DNA of 43,620 bases, from the NCBI GenBank assembly GCA_048938855.1, contig JBHLLT010000023.1, positions 1-43,620 on the forward strand, given 5' to 3'. Positions 1 through 9,369 of the stretch are shown here, one piece after another. A model generated the notes under the pieces. It was not told where the DNA came from, ran no database searches, and was given only the letters and a program-made list of their open reading frames with translations. The DNA is from Promethearchaeota archaeon (GTDB lineage Archaea > Asgardarchaeota > Lokiarchaeia > Sigyniarchaeales > SOKP01). Made by a program: the position numbers and the translations under genes. Within the stretch, counting starts at the first letter, position 1, and every line of letters starts with the position of its first letter.

Positions 1-1143
1 GAAGAAATCGAACTCAAAGATGTTGATCTATTTGCAGAGTATCTTGAATTTCAAATGCTGCCAAGTATCGTTCAAGCCGCCGCTCAAGCTGTTTTACCTG
101 GAGTTCCGGGGAAAGCAGAATGGACACCTGCTAAATTTTCACTAGATTTAGAATATCCAGGAAAAATCGAGACCGTTGAATTTATACGCTCGAATGGTAA
201 AAAAGCTATTATTGGTGGAGAAGTAGTGCCTCCCTTTTATAATTTTCTTGGATTGGACAAGCGAAACCCCAATCCACCGCTCGTTACCTATGATGTATTT
301 GATATGGGTGCTAAAATGATGCTCCCAAAACCAATAAAGCAAGAATATAGTGAAGTATTAGGAGACCCTGCCGAGTGGGCAAAGTTCGCAGTAGATAAAT
401 TTGGTGCTGAATGTGTTACATTTCATTCCTTAGAGATTGATCCTGCTATGGGTGATGCCCCTGTTTCGCAATCAAGAAAGTTTTTAGAAGAAATACTACA
501 AGCTGTTGATGTTCCTGTAATAATAGGGTGTTCTGGAAATAAAAAAAAAGATGTAGAAATGTTTGAGGTAACTGCTGCAGCAACTGAGAGTGAAGTGTTA
601 ATGCTTTCGGCTGCAGATAAAGCTACTTGGGAAGAAGTTATACCTTTAGCAGTAAAATATGATCATAATTGTCTACTTTGGACAAGTTTAGATATGAATA
701 ATCAAATTAAGATGAACAAGGATGCTCTTGAATTAGGATTACCAAGGAACCGAATTGTTATGGACCCAACTTGTGCAACTCTCGGTTACGGGATGGAGTA
801 TTCTTTCAGTATTTATCAAAGAATGCGTGTTGCTGGATTATTAGGTGAGACTGATTTAGCTTACCCAATAAGTGGTGGAACTACAAATGCTTGGGGCGCT
901 AGAGAGGCATGGATGAGTGAAAAGCAAGCTCCTGAATGGGGATTAAGACAGTACCGAGGACCTATGTGGGAAATAATTAATGCTTTATGTTTATCACTTG
1001 TAGGCTTAGATTTGGCTATGATGTTCAACCCTATAAGTGCTTCTCATTTCAAAGATATAACTAAGCAGTTTTTCGCAGAAATCCCAAAACATTTGGAAGA
1101 TAAAGGTTATTACGACTGGGTATCAGCAAATTTGAAAAGATAA
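1..1143 (+). CDS. cdhD: Acetyl-CoA decarbonylase/synthase complex delta subunit (corrinoid Fe-S protein small subunit); 5'-truncated by the window edge
   Basis: Motifs IGGEVVPPFY, VLGDPAEWAK, ILQAVDVPVIIG, IVMDPTCATLGYGMEYS and NAWGAREAW are typical of CdhD/AcsD. The frame is open from position 1 (EEIELKDVDLFAEYLEFQ-M), so the true start lies upstream of the window. Confidence 0.93.
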   Translation, partial: EEIELKDVDLFAEYLEFQMLPSIVQAAAQAVLPGVPGKAEWTPAKFSLDLEYPGKIETVEFIRSNGKKAIIGGEVVPPFYNFLGLDKRNPNPPLVTYDVFDMGAKMMLPKPIKQEYSEVLGDPAEWAKFAVDKFGAECVTFHSLEIDPAMGDAPVSQSRKFLEEILQAVDVPVIIGCSGNKKKDVEMFEVTAAATESEVLMLSAADKATWEEVIPLAVKYDHNCLLWTSLDMNNQIKMNKDALELGLPRNRIVMDPTCATLGYGMEYSFSIYQRMRVAGLLGETDLAYPISGGTTNAWGAREAWMSEKQAPEWGLRQYRGPMWEIINALCLSLVGLDLAMMFNPISASHFKDITKQFFAEIPKHLEDKGYYDWVSANLKR

Positions 1144-1229
1144 ATTAACAATTTTTTTTCATTTTATTGCAATAAACTAGCTAAAACATTTATTTAATTT
1201 AAAATACTACTTTAATCTTTAGGTTAAAC

Positions 1230-1787
1230 CTATTCACCTAATTTTTGATTCTCAATAAAATCCTGTATTGGAGAAAAATATGTTTTATAGATTTCCTTAA
1301 GTTCATCTAAATTTATATTAAACAAATTAGAAAGAGTTTTTTTATCTGGTAGACTCCAGGTACTATTAGATTCTATTAAAATCTTGTTATTCATATCTTT
1401 GATATGCGCATGGATTATTATATGCGTGTTTTCATATGACCCTACGACTCCTTCGACAGCAATTTCCGTGTTAATATAGACAGGTCTGATATAATTTAAA
1501 GCAAAACTTTGAGTTACTCCTAACTTCATGGTATTAACATATACTGTCCAAGCAGACACTTCATCAAGTAAAGTAGCAATTATCCCTCCATGTCCTAAAC
1601 CTTGAAATCCACTATATTTAGGAGGAATTTCATAGAATGTAAATACAATTCCATCGAGTAGCCAAAATTGAAGCTTAAGGCCCTCTTTATTTCTTTTTAC
1701 ACATCCAAAACAGAAACCTGAATAATAATTTGGAAGAGGTGGGTTTTTCAGTGTGAATTCCTTTAATTTTTTTGCGGTATATTCCAT
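1230..1787 (-). CDS. PaaI family (hotdog-fold) thioesterase
   Basis: CFGCxxxNxxGL N-terminal motif and HGGIIATLLDE hotdog motif. Confidence 0.88.
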   Translation of the reverse strand: MEYTAKKLKEFTLKNPPLPNYYSGFCFGCVKRNKEGLKLQFWLLDGIVFTFYEIPPKYSGFQGLGHGGIIATLLDEVSAWTVYVNTMKLGVTQSFALNYIRPVYINTEIAVEGVVGSYENTHIIIHAHIKDMNNKILIESNSTWSLPDKKTLSNLFNINLDELKEIYKTYFSPIQDFIENQKLGE

Positions 1788-1985
1788 AATTCCCTAAAAT
1801 TTACTTTCAGATAGTAACGAAACTGAGCATTTTTGGTTATTTAAACTTATTTCTTATAACATAAATGATGATTATTCTCTTCAGTATTTAGCACAATGAA
1901 CTCATAGAGTTATATTCTTATTGAAACTCCCCACTAAAACAGCAAATCTTTTATTTTTGAACTATCAATTTATTTTATAAATCGT

Positions 1986-2189
1986 TTAAGGAAGTTTTGC
2001 TTCTGGACGAGCTTCTGTAGCCGGTTTACCTTCTATACCCCAATGAGCCTTTGGAACTTCATGGACAAGGACCTCTACTGCTAGGGCTGGAATACCCATG
2101 TCGACAAAAACTTGAGTTATTCCAGATATTATTTGTCTAACGCTCTCTTCAGAAATTCCTTTCCACATATTTACATGAACGATTGGCAT
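1986..2189 (-). CDS. 4-oxalocrotonate tautomerase family protein
   Basis: N-terminal catalytic Pro (MPIVHV), 67 aa, C-terminal HEVPKAHWGIEG. Confidence 0.9.
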   Translation of the reverse strand: MPIVHVNMWKGISEESVRQIISGITQVFVDMGIPALAVEVLVHEVPKAHWGIEGKPATEARPEAKLP

Positions 2190-2291
2190 ATTATAACACT
2201 TTATTTTATATATTATATATATTTTTTTAAATCCATTCTTCTAAAAAACACCCTCTGATTGTTTTCATATTCAATAACTAAAGTTTACTTC

Positions 2292-2579
2292 TCAAGTAAA
2301 TGAAATGAAATTGAATTGAATATCTTTTTCCTCAAGCCATTTTCTAAATCCTGTGTCACTTTTAAACTGATCTTTTATCAAATATAACAAAACAGTAGAG
2401 ATATTTTCAGCTTTAACCTTTAACCAATATTCATGGTCAAAATCTCCAAAATATTCTTTTACTGATTGACCGCAATCATAACCCGAAAGAACTAAATCAC
2501 CATTTTCCTTAATCTCAGCAATAAGACTATGTTTTTCATTTGCATTACTTCTATAATCGTAAATAGTAATTTTTTTCAT
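2292..2579 (-). CDS. Hypothetical protein
   Basis: 95-aa ORF with globular-like composition (GDLVLSGYDCG...FGDFDHEYW); family not recognised. Confidence 0.65.
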   Translation of the reverse strand: MKKITIYDYRSNANEKHSLIAEIKENGDLVLSGYDCGQSVKEYFGDFDHEYWLKVKAENISTVLLYLIKDQFKSDTGFRKWLEEKDIQFNFISFT

Positions 2580-2614
2580 AAGAACCCTTCATTTGAAGAT
2601 TTGATTGGATTTAA

Positions 2615-2803
2615 TCAAAATAATTCAAACCTATGTAGTTCGGGGAGTTTTTCTTTCGCTTCCCTTAATTTTGTTTCCCTTCTTCCACAAATAATGACTT
2701 CATTATCAGCATTTGAGAAATATTCTGCGAGTGAAAATCTTATACCTGTTGCTCCGCCTGTTATCAAAATTGTGTTTTTAGTGAAGATCATAAACCCAAA
2801 CAT
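2615..2803 (-). pseudogene. N-terminal fragment of a DltE-like short-chain dehydrogenase (SDR)
   Basis: NTILITGGATGIRFSLA (TGxxxGIG degenerated to GIR) and VIICGRRETKL match the SDR Rossmann N-terminus. The ORF stops after about 60 aa and no YxxxK region follows. Confidence 0.75.
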
Positions 2804-2994
2804 TAGATTAAGTATTTAAAGCTAACATATTAAAAATGTAATTTCATCTATTTTAAAAGTAGATCCTACAGATAAGTTATTTTCATAAAGTAGTAAGGAA
2901 CACCATCAAATACTTTTCTTTTTTTACGGAAGAAAGACTTGAATTTTAAAGTTAAAAAAATTTATGAAATTACTAATTAAAAAAAAGAAAAAAA

Positions 2995-3102
2995 CTATTT
3001 AGAGTGATGTTTTTTCGCGTGTTTCATCAATTTTTTCTTAGCTTTTTCTTCTGTTTTTCCTTCAAATATCATACCACATTTAGAACATTCAACTTTTTCC
3101 AT
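2995..3102 (-). CDS. 35-aa C2H2-type metal-binding micro-protein (DUF1059-like); absent from the ORF track
   Basis: Translates to MEKVECSKCGMIFEGKTEEKAKKKLMKHAKKHHSK*, with CxxC...HxxxH. SD-like GAGGTA at 3116-3111. Confidence 0.75.
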   Translation of the reverse strand: MEKVECSKCGMIFEGKTEEKAKKKLMKHAKKHHSK

Positions 3103-3257
3103 TATTTTTTTACCTCATATATTGATTTTTTCTATTATATCGACGTAAAAAATAACAAATTTAAATGTATTTCTTGAGAAACTAAATGAAACCTACTTAA
3201 AGTACTATAAAAATAAAATTAATGGAAGTTAAGATTTTTGAACTATAAACTTGTTTA

Positions 3258-3707
3258 TTATCTAACAATAAGAACATCGCATGGAGGATCTCTTAAAATA
3301 TGGGCTGAAATTGTACCTTGAAATATATGTTTTAGTCTAGAATGATGTCCTTTACTGCCGAGAACAACAAGATCAAAATTTTCTTTGTTCACTATCTCTA
3401 AAATATAATCCTCAGGACGTAAATCTTTAATTAAACGGGTTTCAACCGATGAAATTGACTTATCAAACATAGTTTCAGTTTTATTCAATATTAATTTCCC
3501 TGCTTCAATACTTAATTCTTCAATATTTTGAATAACTTCTTGAGGATATGTTATGTCAGGACTAATAGTCATAGGAAGTTTATGGTGATTAATCGAATGA
3601 AAAATTGTAATCTCACTCTTCCATTCCTTTTGTAATTCTGCTATATGCTCAGCTGCATTATTAGCATCATGAGATCCATCAGTACCAATCAAAATCTTTT
3701 TGTAAAT
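3258..3707 (-). CDS. Universal stress protein (UspA family); probable ATT start
   Basis: (I)YKKILIGTDGS N-terminus, DLVVLGSKG, GTISAHILRDPPCDVLIVR. SD GAGGTGG lies 6 nt before ATT at 3707. Confidence 0.88.
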   Translation of the reverse strand: MYKKILIGTDGSHDANNAAEHIAELQKEWKSEITIFHSINHHKLPMTISPDITYPQEVIQNIEELSIEAGKLILNKTETMFDKSISSVETRLIKDLRPEDYILEIVNKENFDLVVLGSKGHHSRLKHIFQGTISAHILRDPPCDVLIVR

Positions 3708-4011
3708 CTTAATCCACCTCTAAGTTTTAAAAATATCTATTAAATATGCTCTAACCAAATTTTGTTTAGTGTGGATTTAAATGTAATCCTTGAGATATCA
3801 ATTAAAAAGAGATATAAATGCTATAATTAAAAAGTTGATTGAATCTAAAATCTTTAGACTATAAATGTTTCCAAGACATTTTAATCATTTTGTTGTATGG
3901 TTCAAGATATTATGAATTAAATGAATATGAAATAAAGTTAAATTTAATTAGAGGTATATTTAAATTAGAAATAATGCTAATAAAATAAGACAATTCTTTT
4001 TGTTTTAAAAA

Positions 4012-4713
4012 GTGCCTTGTGGAGTAAATTATCTGAAAATGCTAAATGATATAATATTTTATTCAGAACAAGGATTACAGAATTTAGCGCATGATCAAAT
4101 TTGGAAAGGTAAAGGTACAGAAAAAAATCCATTTGTTATTGAAAATGCTAATATTCTTGGTCAAGCTTTTTCTATAAAAAAATGCTCTTTATACATTTCT
4201 TTTATTAAATGTAATTTTGATCATACTCAATTTGACTCATGTAAAAATATAACGTTGCAGAATTGCACATTTGAAACATTATCATTAAAACATTCAATGA
4301 AAATTGAAATTAATAATTGTTTCATATCGGATTTAAAGGTGTCCCATATTAAACAAATCAATTTTTGTAACACGGTGATTATGGGTGTCTCTACTAAATC
4401 TAGGATTAAAAATATAATTTTTAAAGATTGTCAAATTAATAATGAATTTATAAACTATATATTAAAAAAGCAGCTTAGTGGTTTTTATTCAAAAATTAAG
4501 GAAATTATGGGATTCTATATAATCATTTTACTCTTATTTGTTTTTTATAGACTCTTTTGGACCCCCTATAAATTAACTTATTCAGATATTGGAAGTTTAT
4601 TTATTATAGGAAGTGTAATTATTGTACTACTCGTAATATCAATTTCTTCTTCAATATGTGAATATTTTATTAAAAAAAGACTACCAAAAATAAAAGTATC
4701 TAGAGAGAAATAA
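4012..4713 (+). CDS. Hypothetical beta-helix/pentapeptide-like repeat protein with two C-terminal TM helices
   Basis: GKGTEKNPFVIEN cap, repeated xxNCxF/xxDCxI units, two hydrophobic segments near the C-terminus. The start may be the ATG at 4039. Confidence 0.6.
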   Translation: MPCGVNYLKMLNDIIFYSEQGLQNLAHDQIWKGKGTEKNPFVIENANILGQAFSIKKCSLYISFIKCNFDHTQFDSCKNITLQNCTFETLSLKHSMKIEINNCFISDLKVSHIKQINFCNTVIMGVSTKSRIKNIIFKDCQINNEFINYILKKQLSGFYSKIKEIMGFYIIILLLFVFYRLFWTPYKLTYSDIGSLFIIGSVIIVLLVISISSSICEYFIKKRLPKIKVSREK

Positions 4714-4726
4714 CTCCAAACTTCTT

Positions 4727-5053
4727 TTATAAATCATTTTCTAAACATTTCCATGAATTTACAAGCAACTGATATTCAAAATATTCGTCATTTATTTTAG
4801 TTCTAGGATTTTTGCGTGTCTCTTCTGTTTTTATTAGCTTACCGTTGACTTCAATCTTATCTTCACAGGAAATTGAATCTTTTGTATAGATTACAATCTG
4901 ATAACCATCATCTAAATCAAAGTAATTCATATATGGATGAGTGTCAAAAAAGACGGTAAGATGTTGCCACATTACTTTTGATATGTGTCCAATAATTTTA
5001 ACAGATTTTCCTACATTTCCCGAAAAATCTTCATATTTTGTGATGTTTATCAT
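4727..5053 (-). CDS. Hypothetical protein (possible OB-fold)
   Basis: VGKSVKIIGHI...KIEVNGKL...EYQLLVNSW pattern resembles an OB fold. Confidence 0.55.
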   Translation of the reverse strand: MINITKYEDFSGNVGKSVKIIGHISKVMWQHLTVFFDTHPYMNYFDLDDGYQIVIYTKDSISCEDKIEVNGKLIKTEETRKNPRTKINDEYFEYQLLVNSWKCLENDL

Positions 5054-5182
5054 AACTATGATAATTCTAAGAAAATCTTATTTATAAGATTTTAAACTAA
5101 GAGACATATCAAAACTTTTAAAATTGAGATGAATAATTATTTAATAATAATGAATAATACCGTCCTAAAAAGGTGAGTTCGT

Positions 5183-5974
5183 TTGGATGATAAAGAAGTT
5201 GGAGAATATTGGGATAAAAATGCTGAAAATTGGGTAAGACTTTCGAGAATGGGATATGATAGATGCAGAGATCTTATTAATGCACCTGCCTTTTTCAAAA
5301 TTCTACCATCCATTTCTAATCTATTTGGTATAGATATAGGATGTGGAGAAGGATATAACACCAGAATAGCTGCAAAAAGAGGAGCCAAAATGGCTGCTAT
5401 CGATATATCTGAAGTATTTATTAAATATGCAAAAGAAACTGAACTGAAAGAACCCTTAGGAATTAAATACCGAACTGCTAATGCAATAAAACTCCCCTTT
5501 CCAGATAATCACTTTGACTTTGCAATAGCAACAATGAGCATAATGGATATTGCAGATAACGAGAGAGCTATTATTGAAGCCTTTAGAGTTATAAAACCTG
5601 GAGGATTCTTTCAGTTTTCAATTACTCACCCTTTTATATCTAACTCGGATTTTAGATGGATGAGGAATGAAGAAGGTAAAAAAATAGGATTTCTTATAGA
5701 AGATTATTTCAAAAAGTTAAATGGCGAGCTTGAAGAGTGGATATTCGGGGCAGCTCCTAAAGAACTAACTGATAATATGACAAAATTTAAAACCCCACGC
5801 TTTACTCGAACTTTATCGGAATGGCTAAATTTATTGATTGAGAAAGGGTTCATTTTAGAAAAGTTTTGTGAACCATATATAGAAGATGAGATTTTAAAAA
5901 AGCATCCAGAAGAATATGATAGCCGAATAATACCTTTTTTCTTAATCATTCGATGTCGAAAACCTTACAAATAA
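5183..5974 (+). CDS. Class I SAM-dependent methyltransferase
   Basis: IDIGCGEG motif I, AIDIS, LPFPDNHFD, RVIKPGG; TTG start with SD AGGTGA. Confidence 0.9.
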   Translation: MDDKEVGEYWDKNAENWVRLSRMGYDRCRDLINAPAFFKILPSISNLFGIDIGCGEGYNTRIAAKRGAKMAAIDISEVFIKYAKETELKEPLGIKYRTANAIKLPFPDNHFDFAIATMSIMDIADNERAIIEAFRVIKPGGFFQFSITHPFISNSDFRWMRNEEGKKIGFLIEDYFKKLNGELEEWIFGAAPKELTDNMTKFKTPRFTRTLSEWLNLLIEKGFILEKFCEPYIEDEILKKHPEEYDSRIIPFFLIIRCRKPYK

Positions 5975-5989
5975 GAAGGATCTATATTT

Positions 5990-6481
5990 TTATCCTTTAT
6001 TAAGATATTTGATATATTGATAAATCTTAGAGCCAAAAAAATCCCCAATTTTACCTGTTAATTTAAACCCATGCTTTTTATAAAAGTTTCCAGCTCGTTT
6101 TAACACTTCTGTTGTGTCTAAGGTCAAGAATCTGCATTCATTTGAGATAGCATCATTCTCAACAGCTTTTAATAAAGAGGCTGCTGGGCTATTCTTACCT
6201 TGCCATTTAGGATGCACCGCCATTCCGCGTATATGGCCTTCTTCATTGCTAATTTTTTGCCATCCAATTGTTCCGATTATATTATTATTATCATCATTTG
6301 CCACATAAATACTCATTTCTTTCATACGTGTTAATACTGCTTTCTCTGACAACACGGTATCATCAAAACCTTCTCGAGAATAATACATGCGAAATTCTTT
6401 AAATGCAGCTAATAGTATTTCATGTATACTTTTTGCATCCTCAAGTTTTGCTTTGCGAATTAAAAAATTCTTTTTCATCAT
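5990..6481 (-). CDS. GNAT family N-acetyltransferase
   Basis: IRGMAVHPKWQGK acetyl-CoA motif A and AGNFYKKHGF motif B. Confidence 0.9.
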   Translation of the reverse strand: MMKKNFLIRKAKLEDAKSIHEILLAAFKEFRMYYSREGFDDTVLSEKAVLTRMKEMSIYVANDDNNNIIGTIGWQKISNEEGHIRGMAVHPKWQGKNSPAASLLKAVENDAISNECRFLTLDTTEVLKRAGNFYKKHGFKLTGKIGDFFGSKIYQYIKYLNKG

Positions 6482-6529
6482 TCATTTAAGAAAATAAAAA
6501 AGAAAAGGAATTAAATTTTTTTTGAGATC

Positions 6530-7045
6530 TCATTCTAAAGTAAACTTAAATTTGCAGGTTTTATCGCCATCTGAAATTCTCTCAAGAGGTAATATTTCTC
6601 CCTTCACACCCATAGCCTCTAGCCAACCTCTATGCCTGAAATTGCACGCACATTTATATTCTAAACTTTCTTTAGATTTTTCTACTTCTTTCCAAATAAA
6701 ACACTTCTCAACTAAACCAATTCCTTCAGATTCAGAATGAACCAAAAATTTGAATTTCATTATTTTAGGAATAATTACTTCCATGAGAGTATTCATTATT
6801 TTAAATATTTCAGGTATTGTCTTAATAGATCCTTTTTTGATACCTAGAGCATTCAAAATATGTCGAGCTTCAATTTTTCCCATTGAAAGAATCACATCTT
6901 GATTCAACTGATTAGCTTCTTCAATCCCATACTTTTTCTTTGACTTTAAGAACCATTGACCATCATGTTGAGCCCAACACATTTGTATGATAAACTTTTG
7001 AGTCTCAATTGGAATATTATATTTATCTTTTACGATTATTTCCAT
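6530..7045 (-). CDS. DUF6125-like / V4R-like ligand-binding protein (paralog 2)
   Basis: CWAQHDGQWF...KYGIEEANQLN, KCFIW, GWLEAMG, CKFKF; paralogous to the upstream ORF. Start moved to 7045 to avoid overlapping it. Confidence 0.65.
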   Translation of the reverse strand: MEIIVKDKYNIPIETQKFIIQMCWAQHDGQWFLKSKKKYGIEEANQLNQDVILSMGKIEARHILNALGIKKGSIKTIPEIFKIMNTLMEVIIPKIMKFKFLVHSESEGIGLVEKCFIWKEVEKSKESLEYKCACNFRHRGWLEAMGVKGEILPLERISDGDKTCKFKFTLE

Positions 7046-7067
7046 TCTTATCATCTCATATGATATT

Positions 7068-7562
7068 TTAGTTTTCAAAATAAAATTTGTAGTCTCTAAC
7101 ACATTTTCCATTCCTATGCATCAAGCAACCTTCTATATTAGGTTCAACATCATACTTGATACCCAGAGTGTCAAACCATCCTTCGATCCTATCAAAAATC
7201 GCACATTCATATTCTTCAATCACTCCCATTCGATTTATTCCCTCATATGCCCAACATTTATGCATTTCACAATGAAGCTGATTAAAATCTGGAAATTGAA
7301 ATACCAAAACCATAAAATCTGCTTTAAATGTATTTAACGCGTTCTCAAAAAGAAACTTTAAATCATTGAAAGTAGTAATATCATGTATATTAAATGCTTT
7401 CATGATTCTTTTTATTTCAATACTCGCCAATGATCTAACAGCTGATCTATTTATTTTGTTAGTTTTCTTTATACCACACTCTTTTAAGCAGTGATAAAAC
7501 CACATACCATCATGAGTCATCCAACATTTAATCAAAAGCTCTTTCAAGTCATTAGTTTCCAT
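7068..7562 (-). CDS. DUF6125-like / V4R-like ligand-binding protein (paralog 1)
   Basis: CWMTHDGMWF...GIKKTNKIN, KCWAY, ECAIFDRIEGWF, GCLMHRNGKC. Confidence 0.7.
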   Translation of the reverse strand: METNDLKELLIKCWMTHDGMWFYHCLKECGIKKTNKINRSAVRSLASIEIKRIMKAFNIHDITTFNDLKFLFENALNTFKADFMVLVFQFPDFNQLHCEMHKCWAYEGINRMGVIEEYECAIFDRIEGWFDTLGIKYDVEPNIEGCLMHRNGKCVRDYKFYFEN

Positions 7563-7663
7563 AGAAAAAGAAAAGAGGTTTTAATTATTATTGTTTTTCG
7601 ATCACTAAAAACTATTTTACGGTTGAAATCTTAAAAAAAAGAAATAAAAAAACAAACGGAACT

Positions 7664-7891
7664 TTATGCTTTTTCTATTTTTATATAATAATTTTCTCCT
7701 TCTGTCTTGTATTCCAATATCTTATCTTCTTTCTTATCTAAATATCGTTTAATATTTTCTCCTGCTTCTCCATAATCACCAACTACTTCGAGTATTTCTC
7801 CACTTTCCATCTCGAGTAATTCTCTCTTAGTTTTGGCTACAGGCATCGGACACACAAGCCCAGAACAATCTAGTTTACGTGAATTTGTCAT
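7664..7891 (-). CDS. tusA: TusA family sulfurtransferase
   Basis: LDCSGLVCPMPV signature (CPxP) and GEILEVVGD. Confidence 0.9.
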   Translation of the reverse strand: MTNSRKLDCSGLVCPMPVAKTKRELLEMESGEILEVVGDYGEAGENIKRYLDKKEDKILEYKTEGENYYIKIEKA

Positions 7892-7914
7892 TTTAATCTT
7901 ACCATTAATCACAA

Positions 7915-8274
7915 TTAACTAAAAATTACATTATCAGCTTCTACACACATTTCTAAAAGGCCATTCATTGATGTCTTTTCAATTCCTTCTATTAATTCTT
8001 CTTCAGATAAACCACGTGCTCTCATGCAAACTCCACAAGCTTTCACATTTGCTCCTTCTGAAATTATATCTACCATCCACTTTCCTACATTATCATAGGC
8101 AGTAGGATCTTGATTTTTTTTTCCAACAAAGATTCCGTCTTCAACGAGAAAAATATTCACCTTATGATCATCTAAAAGTGCTGTATATGCAAATCTTAGC
8201 ATAGTAAATGGACGTTCATTAGTGTAAGCACCATCTCCAATAACAATAGTAAAAACTTTCTTATTCTCAGTCAT
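7915..8274 (-). CDS. DsrE/TusD family sulfur-relay protein
   Basis: AYTNER, NIFLVEDG, KACGVCMRARG; directly upstream of tusA. Confidence 0.88.
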   Translation of the reverse strand: MTENKKVFTIVIGDGAYTNERPFTMLRFAYTALLDDHKVNIFLVEDGIFVGKKNQDPTAYDNVGKWMVDIISEGANVKACGVCMRARGLSEEELIEGIEKTSMNGLLEMCVEADNVIFS

Positions 8275-8357
8275 AAATTTTTTTCACTATAAGTAAAATT
8301 CGTATTTTGTGTAATTACATAAACACTAGCTGATTTATTAATTTTCTTGTAATAATC

Positions 8358-8374
8358 TATCAATAATATCGATA
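8358..8374. promoter_or_regulatory. Putative LysR operator (TATC-N9-GATA, containing T-N11-A)
   Basis: tATCaataatatcGATa lies in the divergent dsrE/lysR intergenic region, about 65 nt upstream of the lysR ATG. Confidence 0.55.
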
Positions 8375-8439
8375 AATAAATATAGTCTAATTACCTTATA
8401 ATTTAATTAGAAATTAAGGTTTTTAAGGAGATTAATAAA

Positions 8440-9342
8440 ATGAAGATTGAATATTTGAGAAACTTCATTAAATTATCTCAATATAAGAGTTTCTCAAAAT
8501 TAGCAAGTGAGCTTCCAATATCACAAAGCACCCTATCACATCAAATTTCTCAGTTAGAAAAAGAATTCGGGGATATCGTGTTAATTAATAGAACTACTAA
8601 GATGTTTGAGTTAACTAAAGCGGGAAAAGTTTTACTTGAATATGCTCAGAAAATAATTGAGATCTATGATATTTGTATGTCAGAAATCTCTAAATTTAGC
8701 GATAAATTAGAGGAAATTATAACAATCTCAGCCTCGACCATCCCTGGTTCTCATATATTACCAAAATATATCGCAAATTTTAGGAACAAAAATCCTGATT
8801 TAAACTTTAAAATATTAATTAATAATTCTAAAAAATCTCTTGAATTTTTAAAAAATGAGATGGTTGATTTTGCTGGAATTGGTAGCTTTATGGGTTTCAA
8901 TGAGAAAGATTTTGATTATATCAAATTGGGAGAAGAAGAATTTAAATTTATATGTTCACCTGACCATGAATTAGTTAAAAATGATATCGATACTGTAAAT
9001 TTTGATGATCTTACTAAATATCCATTTGTATGGAGAGAAAAAGGTTCTGGAACGAGGTATACTTTTCAGGAACAATTTCCAAAATATAAAGAATTGGACA
9101 TTAAATTGGAAATAAATGATAATGACTCAATCATCTCAACTGTTAGTGAATCTAATTACATTGGTATTATGAGTGAGATAATGGCTAGTAAAGCTGAATC
9201 AGCAGGTTTAATTAAAACCCTAAAAATTGAAGACTATCCCGTTATCGCAAAACGAGATCTTTACTTTGTTAAGTTAAAACCAAGAGAATTTAGTCAACTA
9301 AAAAAGAAATTTTGGAATGAGTTAACATCCAATAATAAATAA
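8440..9342 (+). CDS. LysR-family transcriptional regulator (CysL / selenium-metabolism-associated type)
   Basis: HTH SFSKLASELPISQSTLSHQISQLEKE, LTKAG, ASTIPG, REKGSGTR. Confidence 0.9.
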   Translation: MKIEYLRNFIKLSQYKSFSKLASELPISQSTLSHQISQLEKEFGDIVLINRTTKMFELTKAGKVLLEYAQKIIEIYDICMSEISKFSDKLEEIITISASTIPGSHILPKYIANFRNKNPDLNFKILINNSKKSLEFLKNEMVDFAGIGSFMGFNEKDFDYIKLGEEEFKFICSPDHELVKNDIDTVNFDDLTKYPFVWREKGSGTRYTFQEQFPKYKELDIKLEINDNDSIISTVSESNYIGIMSEIMASKAESAGLIKTLKIEDYPVIAKRDLYFVKLKPREFSQLKKKFWNELTSNNK

Positions 9343-9369
9343 AAAAATAAAGGTTTCATAAAGAAAAAT

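Noticed and set aside
2580-9342. Selenocysteine (UGA) read-through near the selenium-type LysR, including the TGA ending the SDR fragment
   Set aside because: DsrE and TusA use Cys codons, sequence after the SDR TGA shows no SDR similarity, and no convincing SECIS was seen.
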